DNA of 64,000 nucleotides, counting the filler, from Stramenopiles sp. TOSAG23-2 (taxonomy: Eukaryota), in assembly GCA_900128395.1 (NCBI GenBank). It is 15 parts of 15 records of this genome, joined end to end, with 100 filler letters (N's around TTAATTAATTAA, not from the genome) between each part and the next. Parts side by side here need not be neighbours in the genome. Positions count along the whole stretch, not along the records: positions 1 to 4,416 come from LT650904.1; positions 4,517 to 8,929 come from LT650905.1; positions 9,030 to 13,441 come from LT650906.1; 12 more parts are not named here. One strand, 5' to 3'. The notes beneath the pieces are model-generated. The model searched no databases, was not told the origin of the DNA, and saw only the letters and a program-made list of their open reading frames with translations. This document shows positions 1-11,731 of this stretch, one piece after another. The position numbers and the translations under genes are program-made. Each line of letters begins with the position of its first letter. The first letter of the stretch is position 1.

Positions 1-1038
1 CTTTGATTATATATTAATGGTGTTTATTCTATATATCTGGTTTGTTTATGTATATATATATATATATGGAGAAGATTATGTATATGTATGTATGTATGTA
101 TGACAAAATGGTATATATTTTGTTTTTGGGGGAGTTATTAGATTTTTTGTTACGTGCAAGTTGTTAATTGTTATTATATTGTTGTTGTTGTTGTTGTGAA
201 GCTTGCAAATTAAAACGCGTTACTATGGATAAAGTAAATGTAGCTGTTGCCGATGATGGGAAGAAAAAAACGCCATGATCTGATATCTTATAGTAAAGGT
301 TATTTCTTAGACTATTAACTATTTCTGAATGCTATTAATATTGGCACACTGCACCCAGATTCCCAGATTTACACAAAAACACTGTCGTCAAAGCTATAAA
401 AAAACCTAGAAAGCTAAAGCAATCTCGCTTCCTATCAAATTACAGTAATTTATACTTATATTGGATATTAGAATATTAGAATACCCTCTTGAATTTACTT
501 GTATAGTAGTAAGAACTACAGAGAGTTTTATAATGGGAAATTTTAAAACATAAAAAAATATGCACACATATAATTGAAATAATAAACGTAAAATACTATT
601 TGCACTTATTGACAACACATGTTATACTACAATCCGAAATGATGGTTAAAATAATCTAATAACACTTAATAATAATTTTACACTTCCCGTGCTAAGTAAT
701 GCATAATAGTTGCCAATAATCTACCATCGTTTGAAAATGATACCTAACCCTAACCAAACATTTTAAACCACTATAAATCTCGCATTAAAATATTTTTCAA
801 TTCAACAAATGATTCCCATCCTTTTACGACGAAAACAGTTGCTTCAAAAATCTGACCATTATCTTTCATCGTTATTGGTATTTTTCTCTCCTCGACATTT
901 ACTGCTTCATTTTGCAAAATAACAGCAACAACTTGGATATCTGCTCTTTGCCTATTTACCAATCTTTCACATATTGAGGTTAATGGTTGGTGATCATCAA
1001 CGAAAAAGCAAAATTTGTTACTATTATTATTATTATTA

Positions 1039-2289
1039 TTACTGCTTAATAAATTTATTAACAATTTGTTGCGCATGTATCGATTGCAATAGTGGCTTCA
1101 TTTTGCTATTTTTATATCTCATGGTTAATCCGACCATTAATCCATTCCATGACATTTGTGTCAATCCAAAAATAAAAGCCCTTCGAAGATTATTTCCTAC
1201 ATTATTCTTGTATTTTTTTGCGCCACGTGTAGTCTTTACCTCATTTTCACCATCTTTTAATTGCGATAATGTACGACCAGTCGCAAGTAAATATGTATAA
1301 ACAAGAATTTCAATGGTTGGAAACATCATTTTCAATGGATATAATTTTTCATCAAAATTATCCGTCTTCTCATCAATATGGCATTGCAAACCATTCTCAA
1401 AGAGTTTCGATAAAATCAAAGCTTGAATTGCAGCATTAGTATTTAAAGGATTTTCCTCACGTATTTCAATCAACAACCTTACAAATTTATCATTTGTATA
1501 GACATCTGGTGCATTTTCTTGTAACGTTTGAATTCCAAACAATAAATCTTCACCTTGTTTATCAGTTGGAAAATTTTTCAATGTTAGCATTTTCACAAAA
1601 CGCGATTCCCAGAATTTTTTCAAATGGTTTGTATTGACACATATAATCAAGGGAGTCAATTGGTTAGCTGATTTGCCACGTAAACCTTCATCAACACGTT
1701 GTGCATAACCACCACCAGATGTTGCCGTATATGCATTTACTAACGAACCTTTTAATGATTCATCTTTGCCTTGCTTATCCATTTTTTCTGATAATCTTAA
1801 ATAATTAATTTTTTCTGCAAAGTTTAATAGCTCATATCCAACAAATCGCATGATATCTTTCCATCTACATATATTGCCATAGTTTAAAGTACATGTCAAC
1901 GCTATGCGTGCAACTTCTTTTCTTGTAAACATTGTTAAAAGTATATGCAAATTTATCAATGTCAAAACAATAGTATTAAAAGGCTTTCCACTTTGACCTT
2001 GTTCAAGATCTAGTTTTTCCCCTAATTGCACAGCTACTTCTGCTGATATCGTACGAGTAACACCACCAGGTGCTAAATCGTTATTACGTTCAATAATTGT
2101 TTCTTCCAATGCATAAAAGACACATTCTTGAACTATTTTTGGTGGAACTGCATCACATTGATTCAATGTATTCAAGCGATCAAATATATCATCGTTTTTG
2201 TCCAAGCGATCAAATATATCATCGTTTTTGTCCGAACTCTTTGATTCAGTTGATGACTGATTTGTTGCATGAGCAGCCCAAGCTGCCAT
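1039..2289 (-). CDS. Hypothetical protein (416 aa)
   Basis: Long ATG-initiated ORF in AT-rich DNA, with an in-frame 30-nt duplication (DKNDDIFDRL x2). No family recognised. Confidence 0.7.
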   Translation of the reverse strand: MAAWAAHATNQSSTESKSSDKNDDIFDRLDKNDDIFDRLNTLNQCDAVPPKIVQECVFYALEETIIERNNDLAPGGVTRTISAEVAVQLGEKLDLEQGQSGKPFNTIVLTLINLHILLTMFTRKEVARIALTCTLNYGNICRWKDIMRFVGYELLNFAEKINYLRLSEKMDKQGKDESLKGSLVNAYTATSGGGYAQRVDEGLRGKSANQLTPLIICVNTNHLKKFWESRFVKMLTLKNFPTDKQGEDLLFGIQTLQENAPDVYTNDKFVRLLIEIREENPLNTNAAIQALILSKLFENGLQCHIDEKTDNFDEKLYPLKMMFPTIEILVYTYLLATGRTLSQLKDGENEVKTTRGAKKYKNNVGNNLRRAFIFGLTQMSWNGLMVGLTMRYKNSKMKPLLQSIHAQQIVNKFIKQ

Positions 2290-2922
2290 GATTATTTTTT
2301 TAAATAATTTTTGTTGTTGTTATGCGAATTATATCTATATTGATATATGTAGTATTGATTTTTTCTTTTTTTTTGATTTATTGATACTATCGCCTCTTTC
2401 TCTTTGTTCTTTTATCATAAATATAGATGAACATTACTACTAACGATGAATCTTTCCAGAAGAATGTATAGTGCTATACTAAAGTGAAAAGTCTACCTAG
2501 ATACCTAGATTAGTGCTATACCTTGATATATAAAATTAATACAAAAAAATAAATAAGAAGAAAAAATATAAAAATACGTGGCAAAGGAGAAATGAAATAG
2601 CATGCGAAGAGCATCCAGATAGCTTTTTTTTTTTCCGGGTTTTTATTAGTGGGCAAAAAAAAAAAAAAAAACATGAATAATAATTTTTATTCTATTTATA
2701 GCCCACATTTTTTTAAAGAAATGATGATGGAACTGTTTGTGTATAACACATAGACAACGAAAATGAATGTCGTTGAAGACTTTTTTCAAAGATGATCCAT
2801 CTTTTGATCTAGTAGTTGCAAATGCCCTCCCGGCTTTTATTATTATTTTATTACTAGTGCCAGATAGATATTAATACCTCAGTTACATCTTATTATTATT
2901 CTTTTGGAGAGTACAACTCAGC

Positions 2923-3897
2923 ATGAGTTGGTTTTTGGCTCGGCGAAATTCATCTATTTTTCGATGCGGTTTTAGCAATGCTTTTCGAGGTAAGCTATTT
3001 CGGAGTGCGTCCTCTTCTACTCAGTTAGGAGACTCGCATCCTTGGGATTCTATATACAATCGTTTAGACGAACGGGAGAAATCCATTCAAGAGCCTTTTT
3101 ATGCTATTGGGAGAATGCCTGTCAACGTTCCGGCATTAGCAAATGGACCCAATAGAAAGCACTTCTGGCGGGCCCGACTATTTCATCCTGATATGGTAAA
3201 AACCGAGTTAGTTAGTGGCGGGTATACAAAAGCTGAAGCAGATATATTTTACCGCAAAAAATACGTAGCAGGGGCAGTTGGCGTAGCGAAAAAGTACAAT
3301 CATTCACAATTGACAAAACCAGGGACGTTCCAAAAAGTTTATGATGGGGACGAGAACGAAGAGGCGTATTATGATTTTCACTTTTTTCCGGGTAAAAAAT
3401 ACCAACCAAAAGTTGAAAATGACTATGGACGTCACAGACAGCGGGCACAGTCTGGCAATCCGGACTTGCGGAAGAAAATTCCACATAGCCAAGTCATGGG
3501 GGGAGAGTTATTTTTTGACTTTGATACGCACGTGAACATGGCATCGATGCGGCATGTACGGGCGTTTCTATTCTGTTCTTGGCCTATACCGTTGTTATAT
3601 GTAGACATAAAAATTACAAGAAGCGATGGAAGTTTGAGTAATAGTTGGGACCATTGGGCAAGCGATATACTTTTCGATAAAGATACGAAGAGAATTGATT
3701 TTACGATGACAGATGTAAATAAAAAAGTGACCCATGTCCCTTGTATTGTTTTATCCGAGCTGCCGCACAAACCGTATGGCGTTCGTATAAAATACAACAA
3801 GGAGCGTTTCTTGTTTTCTTTAGCAAATGCTGCTACCCTGGCCGTGTTGTGCGGCGCTTTTGGTGGCCTAGTTCTAATATTAAAAATGTTGTCATAG
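2923..3897 (+). CDS. Hypothetical protein with a probable mitochondrial presequence and a C-terminal TM helix
   Basis: 324 aa ORF with an Arg/Ser/Phe-rich acid-free N-terminus and a hydrophobic C-terminal segment. GC is higher than in the flanks. Confidence 0.75.
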   Translation: MSWFLARRNSSIFRCGFSNAFRGKLFRSASSSTQLGDSHPWDSIYNRLDEREKSIQEPFYAIGRMPVNVPALANGPNRKHFWRARLFHPDMVKTELVSGGYTKAEADIFYRKKYVAGAVGVAKKYNHSQLTKPGTFQKVYDGDENEEAYYDFHFFPGKKYQPKVENDYGRHRQRAQSGNPDLRKKIPHSQVMGGELFFDFDTHVNMASMRHVRAFLFCSWPIPLLYVDIKITRSDGSLSNSWDHWASDILFDKDTKRIDFTMTDVNKKVTHVPCIVLSELPHKPYGVRIKYNKERFLFSLANAATLAVLCGAFGGLVLILKMLS

Positions 3898-4049
3898 GAA
3901 TTATCATGTAAAATGCATTTTTCAGTGAAATGTTACGCTCTCGTATTTTAGTAAGATTTCACCGTTGTTGGTAATTTTGATAAAATATAAATATTCGTTT
4001 AAACGTACTACTAATATTTTATACGTCGTATATTATATACTATAAAAAT

Positions 4050-4251
4050 ATGTTAGATTTTTTATTTGGAGTAATAGTTGGTGTTTGGATAGATCAAACT
4101 TTTACTTTACCAGGCTCTTACATGGGTCATACAGCAAACAAAACTAAAAAACTATTGCAAAAACATGCTGGTGGAGTTATTTTCATCAGATGAAGCCTAT
4201 TCACTTAACAATGGGGAAAAAGATTATTATGGGACTGATGCATTGGTTTAC
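4050..4251 (+). pseudogene. Frameshifted fragment of a CbbX/SpoVK-like AAA+ ATPase
   Basis: Manual translation gives GSYMGHTANKTKKLLQKHAGGVIFI, then after a 1-nt shift DEAYSLNNGEKDYYGTDAL (Walker B region). Confidence 0.6.
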
Positions 4252-4416
4252 ATTTTCTACCTCAAAAAAAACATATCTACTTTTCCTACAATTAATAAAG
4301 AATAAACAACAACATTATTTCTTCTATATACTTGCAAAATTGTCTTCGCGATTTTAGATGATTTTTTGCTTCGGTTTCTTTTTTTACGATGGTATTCTAA
4401 TTTCCCTCCAAGTACA

Positions 4417-4516
4417 NNNNNNNNNNNNNNNNNNNNNNNNNNNNNNNNNNNNNNNNNNNNTTAATTAATTAANNNNNNNNNNNNNNNNNNNNNNNNNNNN
4501 NNNNNNNNNNNNNNNN
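4417..4516. other. Artificial contig linker (N-run, TTAATTAATTAA, N-run; 100 bp). It recurs at 8930-9029, 13442-13541, 17943-18042, 22439-22538, 26934-27033, 31429-31528, 35921-36020, 40412-40511, 44892-44991, 49364-49463, 53832-53931, 58293-58392 and 62751-62850
   Basis: Identical all-frame-stop linker. The intervening contig lengths decrease from 4413 to 4358 bp. Confidence 0.98.
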
Positions 4517-5058
4517 GACGATCGTAAATCAAGTTCAAGGACAAAAGATGTAAAGATACTTCATAAACTATCAGTATTATTAATAGTATAAGTTAAGGTA
4601 CGGTAAAATAAATATACGTCGCCTTCATCAGCCTTATAAATGCACAAATCGGATATATACAATTACTATATACAAATATTAAAATGGAAATATTGTAAAA
4701 TAAGTTTAGATACAAGCATATACTATGAAATAAGTTTTGTTTATAGGCCGGAAGACTATTTTGGAATGGAAAAATATCTTCCAATTCTTTCTGTTTTTTC
4801 GCGCAACAAATTTTAGCAGGTAAATATTATTACGCAACAAATTTTAGCAGGTAAATATTATTATGGATACCACTGGTAGCGCAGGTCGTTTTTGTTTATA
4901 ATACGATTCATAAAGAAAACAGAACAATTCACAATCAAAGATAGATAACGATAGATTGTATAATACCTATATATAATCACACAACAGCAACAGTAAAACA
5001 AAAATCATTTCATAAAACAATAAACAATATTCTACATATTATAAAGAAAGGGAAAAAA

Positions 5059-6748
5059 ATGAAACTAATCACATTAATCGTGGTTATTTTATCAATTGCA
5101 TTATCCGTGAATACGTGTCAAGCTGGTGGTGGTGGTAGTAAACCATGGGAATACATCGCTTTATACCACTTAACCGGCCCTAAGATTACTGGCACGACTA
5201 CAACTGGCGACTACACATTCCTTTTTTACAAGCAAAAAGGTGCATATGCTGATAAAACCTTCGACGTAAGCTTTGGCATAAATTCGGTAGAAGGTCAAGA
5301 AGGTATTGAAAAAGCTGAACCAGATGCAGAGAACACAATATGGAAAACAACTCCAACCGTTGTACATGCAAACGACTTTAACACTTTTATGAGTAAGGAT
5401 AAATTATATCAACTAAATTTTAGTGATGCACATGCAGTATCCTCATTTAGGTTTAAGTTTAATAAGACGGAGAGTGCTTCCCCAACAGGCACTGGAACAA
5501 GCTGTGGGGGAGATTGTCATTTCATCTTCTTCTTTCAACATGTCCCATCAGAATTCGATTTGCATTTATTTGATGCGAATGGAAATGAAATTATGCCAGA
5601 GGCAACTGAACCAGCAACAGCAGGAAAAACGAAAAAAAGTCCAATAGTATATGCAAATTACACGGAGAATGGAGGCGAAGCTGTATTTGCTAGTATTCTA
5701 GTTGCGTTCTGTACGTTGTTGGGTATACTTACAGTATTGCCATGTTGTAATGTAGGACCAGAGAAGAAAAACTGCATGGATGGATCCAATTTTTTCATGG
5801 TATTAGCATCTGCATTCGCAGCCGGTACACTTTTCAGTACAACAGTGATGTTGATTTTGCCAGAAGGTGTACGAATGGTAGATGGTGCCATGGGGTGGGA
5901 CAATGAAGCAATGAACAATTTTGTTATTGGTATATGCTTATTTTCCGGTTTCTTTTTAGGTGCTCTTATTGATGTATTTTCCCATTTCATGGGTGGTAAT
6001 CCAGGTGATGCGAATACTTCCTCCGCTGATAAGGAAATTGAAATGCAAAACAAAAATGCAGTCGAAGAAGGAAAAGTTGGTACAAACGACGTTGGCTTAG
6101 AAAAGAAAGGAATGTTTGCAATAACACCACGCAAATGGGGAAGAATTGTAGGAACTATTATTGTTGGTGATTCTATGCATAATTTCATTGATGGTATTGC
6201 AATTGGAGTTGCATTTTTAGGTTGCAATACTACCGGTGGAGTAAGTAAACTCTATTTCCCTCCAGATCTAAAAAAATTATCCTCTCTAACACATCATCAC
6301 TCATTTATATACGCTACGCTCCACACAGTGGATTGTTGCCGGATCAGCAATTTTACATGAAATTCCACAAGAAGTATCAGATTTCTTATTATTAAAACTT
6401 CATGGTAATATGTCGAATTTTGAAGCTTTGCTTACAAATTTCTTATCTGGATTATCATGTATCATTGGTTGCCTTATTGCATTAGATGCAAAACCACAAG
6501 GTATGAGTCAAGGTGTGATTTTATTAATTGCAGCTGGTCAATATTTCTGGATTGCTACTGTTGAATGTTTCCCAAAAATATTACAAGTAAAAACAATGAA
6601 AGAATCATTCATCCATTTAGGTGCATGTTGTTTTGGTGTTTTATTAATATCATTTGTTGTGATGGTTCATGTACATTGCGCTCCTGAAATTATCTCTGGC
6701 GGCGAGGATGTAGCAGCCGCGGATCCACATGCAGGTCATAATCATTAG
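5059..6748 (+). CDS. ZIP-family zinc/metal transporter with a signal peptide and ectodomain; exons 5059-6240 and 6329-6748
   Basis: HNFIDG motif. Removing the GT-AG intron 6241-6328 restores WIVAGSAILHEIPQE in frame with the 6410 ORF. His-rich C-terminus DPHAGHNH. Confidence 0.92.
6241..6328 (+). other. Spliceosomal intron (88 nt, phase 0), member of a repeated introner-like family
   Basis: GTAAGT...CTAAC...CACAG. Splicing restores the ZIP frame. Alignable to introns 34110-34194 and 50312-50406. Confidence 0.9.
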
Positions 6749-7574
6749 ATATTTTCACATCACATGTATTATAATATATTATATTATACATAATGTAAAT
6801 CATTCATTTGTGAACGTTTTTTTTTTAGATGGAAAAGTTTTGCCTATTGTAAAACTTTATATTAAAAAGTACGCACTTGATATAACAAACACAATATTTC
6901 ATTTAGATCTTGTGTAACGTTTTTTTTAAACACAGAAAGGTTCCATGTGTGGTAAAACGTTATGCATACATCATTTTTGGTCGTATGTATATATTAATAG
7001 ATATATAGCTATACACAATTTTAAGACTTCTCATAAAAATATACCCCGGACCGCGTGTATTACGAATTCGTACCATGATACCTCGTAATTATTTTTCAAA
7101 TGTTTAATGGATTATAAAAACGAATATAAAGCAACAAATAATATTGAAGCAAGAAAATTTTATATATTTTATTTAATTTTTATTATAAAATCATATTTTA
7201 AGAGATGCATTTTAGATAAAAACTAAAATATTAGAGTATCATATATTGAATATATATCATATATTTAAATATATTATGATATATGCATCTTTTTAAATTT
7301 TAAGTAAGGAGAATTTTTTATATATTAATGCATATTGTTGCATATCATAATTTTAAAAAAAGTTTTTTATTTTTAGACATGCGCACTATATTTTGTTATT
7401 TAAAAAACGAAAAAAAAACCAAAAACAATGTTGGCAAAATAAAAACGCAATTTAGTATTAATACATTACGAGAATATTTTATTACACTTCTTTCCGCGTA
7501 TTTTTTTAAACACTCTGCGCACATTTATTACATGATAACACTTCTGGTCCAATGTGTGTTTTTTTCAATTTTTC

Positions 7575-8576
7575 CTAATACCCTTTGTCCCAATCAAATA
7601 AATAATTCAATTTACCATCATTCTCATCATCATCATTATCCATCATGTAAATATCTAAATTTTTACAAAAAACATTAGCAACATCATCTCCAAAACTTAA
7701 ACCTGCTATGTGTGGTGTAATTGTAATTTCTTTTCGATTCCATAATTTCGAATGTTCATCTAATGGTTCTTGTTTAAATACATCCAATACACAACCTCCT
7801 AACCAATGGTTATCAAGTGCCTCAATAATTGAATCTTCACTTATAATATCACCTCTTCCAGCATTAATAAATACGGGTGGTGGCATGTTATTATTATTAT
7901 TACATATTGATAATGCTTGATCATCTAATAAACCACTAGTTAAATTTGTACTCGGCAAAATATTTACAATATAATCCGATTTTTCCAACACATCCTCATA
8001 CGTTTGATAAATATGTGCAACATTAGGTACAATTTTTCCATTGCGTTGCCAACCAATTGTTTTAAATCCGATTGTTGTACAAAAATTGGCAATGGATTGT
8101 CCAATATCACCAGAGACTCCAAGAATACCAACTGTAACATTTTTATGGGAACGATATATTGCTTCCTCCGTACTCCAACGTCGTAATAATTGATTTTTTT
8201 TACATATATCGTATTTTCGTTCTATTGCTAATATATGTGTTAAAACATATTGAGCAATTTCATTTCCCATAATACCACCAGCTCTACAAGCAAGATAATC
8301 GTAACGTTTATTTTTTAACAAAGCATCACATCCAGCAAATGTTGACTGTAAAAATTTCAATTTTGGTGTTTCTGATTTATGAATGAAGTTTGACTTTGCA
8401 AAATTAGGTGGATCAGCAACAATTACTTCTGCATTGACAATTTCACCATTAATTATATTTTCCAATGTATTACATGCTATAATATTTATCTTTTTATTAT
8501 CTTTCAACCTATTATATATAGCATTATTTATACCATCTAATGAAGATATTAATGCTACATTTGTTTTTTTAATCAT
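7575..8576 (-). CDS. D-isomer-specific 2-hydroxyacid dehydrogenase (glyoxylate/hydroxypyruvate reductase A-like)
   Basis: GILGVSGDIG Rossmann motif, INAGRG, LDVFKQEPL and ITPHIAG. The first ATG is at 8576. Confidence 0.92.
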   Translation of the reverse strand: MIKKTNVALISSLDGINNAIYNRLKDNKKINIIACNTLENIINGEIVNAEVIVADPPNFAKSNFIHKSETPKLKFLQSTFAGCDALLKNKRYDYLACRAGGIMGNEIAQYVLTHILAIERKYDICKKNQLLRRWSTEEAIYRSHKNVTVGILGVSGDIGQSIANFCTTIGFKTIGWQRNGKIVPNVAHIYQTYEDVLEKSDYIVNILPSTNLTSGLLDDQALSICNNNNNMPPPVFINAGRGDIISEDSIIEALDNHWLGGCVLDVFKQEPLDEHSKLWNRKEITITPHIAGLSFGDDVANVFCKNLDIYMMDNDDDENDGKLNYLFDWDKGY

Positions 8577-8851
8577 TGTTACGTGTAAATACAATTTTTT
8601 TTCTCATAGACTCTCTCTATATATATATAGTTCCCCTTTCTGTTGCATACACTTGCACACACGATGATTAATTATATTGATAATATACTAGTCGTTTAGG
8701 GATGGATGAATTAGGAATATATATATTTCTTATATCTTCTTCACACACATCTCCTCCCAATAGATATAGAACCTCTTATTCATCACGGTGGCACACATGC
8801 GTATATATTAATATACCGTATCCAAAAATTAATAATTTTCTGAATTCTGAA

Positions 8852-8916
8852 TTGTTCAAAAACCTGGTTGCATAGTATTCACCTGCTATAGAGGTATATA
8901 CACTACATAGCATTGT
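8852..8916. repeat. Dispersed ~65-bp repeat with an inverted diverged copy at 36106-36166
   Basis: ttgttcaaaaacctggttgcatagtattcacctgctatagaggtatatacactacatagcattgt matches the reverse complement of 36106-36166 with a few differences. Confidence 0.85.
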
Positions 8917-9065
8917 GTAATAATAATAANNNNNNNNNNNNNNNNNNNNNNNNNNNNNNNNNNNNNNNNNNNNTTAATTAATTAANNNNNNNNNNNNNNN
9001 NNNNNNNNNNNNNNNNNNNNNNNNNNNNNTTTTTCTATTTTTGTATTTTTATAGGTTGTAATCTT

Positions 9066-11084
9066 TTGTATAATATAATTTTTTTTGGATATTTTTTTTG
9101 GATGATATTGTTGTCTTTTTGGATGATATTTCTTCCTTATTATTTTGCCTGGAAGGTAAACCACGATTTTGAGCCAGCAACGAACTATAAATTACTACGT
9201 ACATACTGGACAGAAGAAAGAAAACGTATGATTAAAAGCAAAAAGAATATCATAAAGGCCGCACATGAAGGCCCACGTAAGGCAAAACGGCAACTACAAG
9301 TACTTGTTGCTGCTCCTATAGTAATGATCAACAAGCTTGGAAAGGTGTGCCACGACGGCATTCTAGATAAATTGTTTCCCAAAACTTCCACGTCAGGCAA
9401 TGATAATGATGCATATTCCTCTCATTCTGACTCTGATGCAGATAACGATGATGACGATGATGAGGAAGGTTATTTCAAAGAAAACGCTAACTATTTTAAG
9501 GAACAAACCAATTTAAAAAGAAAGTCGATATCGAAAGGATGGGCAGTCAGTCCAAGTGAAGTGAAAACTAACATGTATAATCTTAATAGTGAAATATATG
9601 CGTTTGGGATTTTTATTTTAGAGCTATTATATGGAATATCGAAAGAAGTTGCTTTTGAAAAGGAAAGAAATTTAAAGGAAGATATGGAAAAGCAAGTGGA
9701 AAAAATTAAAAGAAATCGAAATCGATTAGAAATTATAATGAGACTCAACACTAAAGAATCTTTTTTCAATTTTGATACTAGAGCTGGTGGTAGTTTATCA
9801 TGGTTAATTGCACGTAAAGAATCGACTGGTGCATACAGGATGAAAAATAAAGATAAAACAATAAATAATTGGCCGATTTCCGTTGCTAGTGCCTTGCTTC
9901 AAGTTGCTGATTATTGTATAATGGACAAGGACCCAAGCATGCGTGGTGTACTAAAAAAATTACGAAAAATTGTACATTTAAAGGTGTTTGAAGATCGTGA
10001 AGTTATGAAAGAGAAAAACATTTTAAAAGAAATTAGTGTAGTGAGAGAAAAATTAAAAGCAAAGGCGCTTGAACTTAAAACACTGCAAGAAGAGCAATTG
10101 CAAGAGGAAGAAGAAGAAAAACGACAAGCGGAAAAAGAAAAAAAGCGCATTGAAGAAGAACAAAAAAAAGCGAAAAAGCAAGAACGATTATGTCCTATAT
10201 GTTATTGTGATTATGACGTTAGTGAAGGTTTAGAATGCAAAGGGAAAAATCATCATTTTGTATGCAATGGTTGTTTAAATCACCATGTCATGTACTTTGT
10301 AGATGCTGAAAGTTTAAAACGATATGCAAAACATGGAGGTGTACGATGCGTTGCTGCTGGTGAATTGAAATGTGAAGCACCGGTATATGCAGACACAGAT
10401 TTAGCAAGGCACTTGTCCGATGCAACGTTTTCTTTAGTCCTTGCAGCAAAAAATCAAGTAGCAGAGCAAAAAATAAATGCTGAATTAGAAAAAGATTTTG
10501 AGAAAAGACTTCAAGCGGAAAAAGACAAATTGGCAAAACTTGGTGCTGAAGCAGTCATGATTCGTGAGTTAAGAAATTTTGTAGTGAATGAAATTATTAC
10601 ATGCAAATGTCCACGCTGTGGTCAGGTTTTTATTGATTTTGCTGGATGTTGGGCCTTATATTGTGGTAGAGCTGGTTGCGGATGTGGTTTTTGTGGATGG
10701 TGTGGTGCTGATTCTGGAGGTGGAGATGCACATGGGCATGTTGGGAAGTGCAAACGATATGCAGCAAAAAATGCAACAGACAAATGGTTTGGTGGTGCAA
10801 AAGATAAACGTGGTGGAGCAAGTGGAGCTAAAAGTGGAAATGAATTTAGAGATGCGCAAAACGTTAGAAGAAAAGCACAACTTATTGAATTTTTAAGAAT
10901 GCTTCCGAAGGAGAATGCAGATATCTTGGTACAAGGTTTGGAAAAGGATTTAAAAGGTGTTGCGATGAATCCAAATGATTTTAGAAACAAACAAGGTTCT
11001 AAATATTACAGTAAACAAAATGATATTGATTGCATGAAGGTGGTAAAAAAATTAAAAAACAAGAAAGGTTGGAAGTGGAAGTAA
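9066..11084 (+). CDS. Probably 5'-truncated protein: TM segment, kinase C-lobe remnant, coiled coil, RING1 and RING2 (RBR-like E3 ligase)
   Basis: SEIYAFGIFILELLYG (kinase subdomain IX). RING1 CPIC..C..H..CNGC..C..C. RING2 CPRC..FAGC..LYC..C..FCGWC. The ORF begins next to the contig edge without an ATG. Confidence 0.85.
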   Translation: MYNIIFFGYFFWMILLSFWMIFLPYYFAWKVNHDFEPATNYKLLRTYWTEERKRMIKSKKNIIKAAHEGPRKAKRQLQVLVAAPIVMINKLGKVCHDGILDKLFPKTSTSGNDNDAYSSHSDSDADNDDDDDEEGYFKENANYFKEQTNLKRKSISKGWAVSPSEVKTNMYNLNSEIYAFGIFILELLYGISKEVAFEKERNLKEDMEKQVEKIKRNRNRLEIIMRLNTKESFFNFDTRAGGSLSWLIARKESTGAYRMKNKDKTINNWPISVASALLQVADYCIMDKDPSMRGVLKKLRKIVHLKVFEDREVMKEKNILKEISVVREKLKAKALELKTLQEEQLQEEEEEKRQAEKEKKRIEEEQKKAKKQERLCPICYCDYDVSEGLECKGKNHHFVCNGCLNHHVMYFVDAESLKRYAKHGGVRCVAAGELKCEAPVYADTDLARHLSDATFSLVLAAKNQVAEQKINAELEKDFEKRLQAEKDKLAKLGAEAVMIRELRNFVVNEIITCKCPRCGQVFIDFAGCWALYCGRAGCGCGFCGWCGADSGGGDAHGHVGKCKRYAAKNATDKWFGGAKDKRGGASGAKSGNEFRDAQNVRRKAQLIEFLRMLPKENADILVQGLEKDLKGVAMNPNDFRNKQGSKYYSKQNDIDCMKVVKKLKNKKGWKWK

Positions 11085-11731
11085 ACTTGTTTGTTGCATA
11101 ATCTTTTAGACACATGTTTTTTCTAATATATACCCACACCTGTTGCTGTATCTTTTTTAATATTCGTACAAGTATTCGTTGTATATATAATATACGAGTA
11201 TGTATAATATATAAATGAGTATTTAAATGATTTTTGATTTCAGATGTTAATGTCCGGGAGTAAAAGAAATTTATATAATATACGAGGTATGAGTAAGAGA
11301 ACATTTAATATAATACGTAGTCGTCTATATTAGATATAGATAGTCGTCTAATAAAAATTATCTAAGTCAAAAGAAAAAAAAGAAAAAATTATGCGTCGTG
11401 TGTTCCGACTAAAAAAATTATAATGGATGTAAAAAGCATAACCCTAACCGCTAACCACATCGTCATCAACAACTTTAACTTACACACACAACAAAAAAAC
11501 ACACCACACGTGTTCAACCTATAGAAATAGTAAATATCTTTTATATATAGATACATAAGCAATGTAGGAGATGGCCAGACTACATCGAAAAATCAACAAT
11601 AGAACTATAAATTGACAATAAAGATCATTGTGAATCATATATATATATTACAATATTATTTTTGAACCGAGCTGATATATATATATATACATTTCACGTA
11701 GTATATATATAATATAATATAAAACAATAAA

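Noticed and set aside
743-755. Telomere-like CCTAACCCTAACC
   Set aside because: Only about two units and internal to the contig, so not a telomere.
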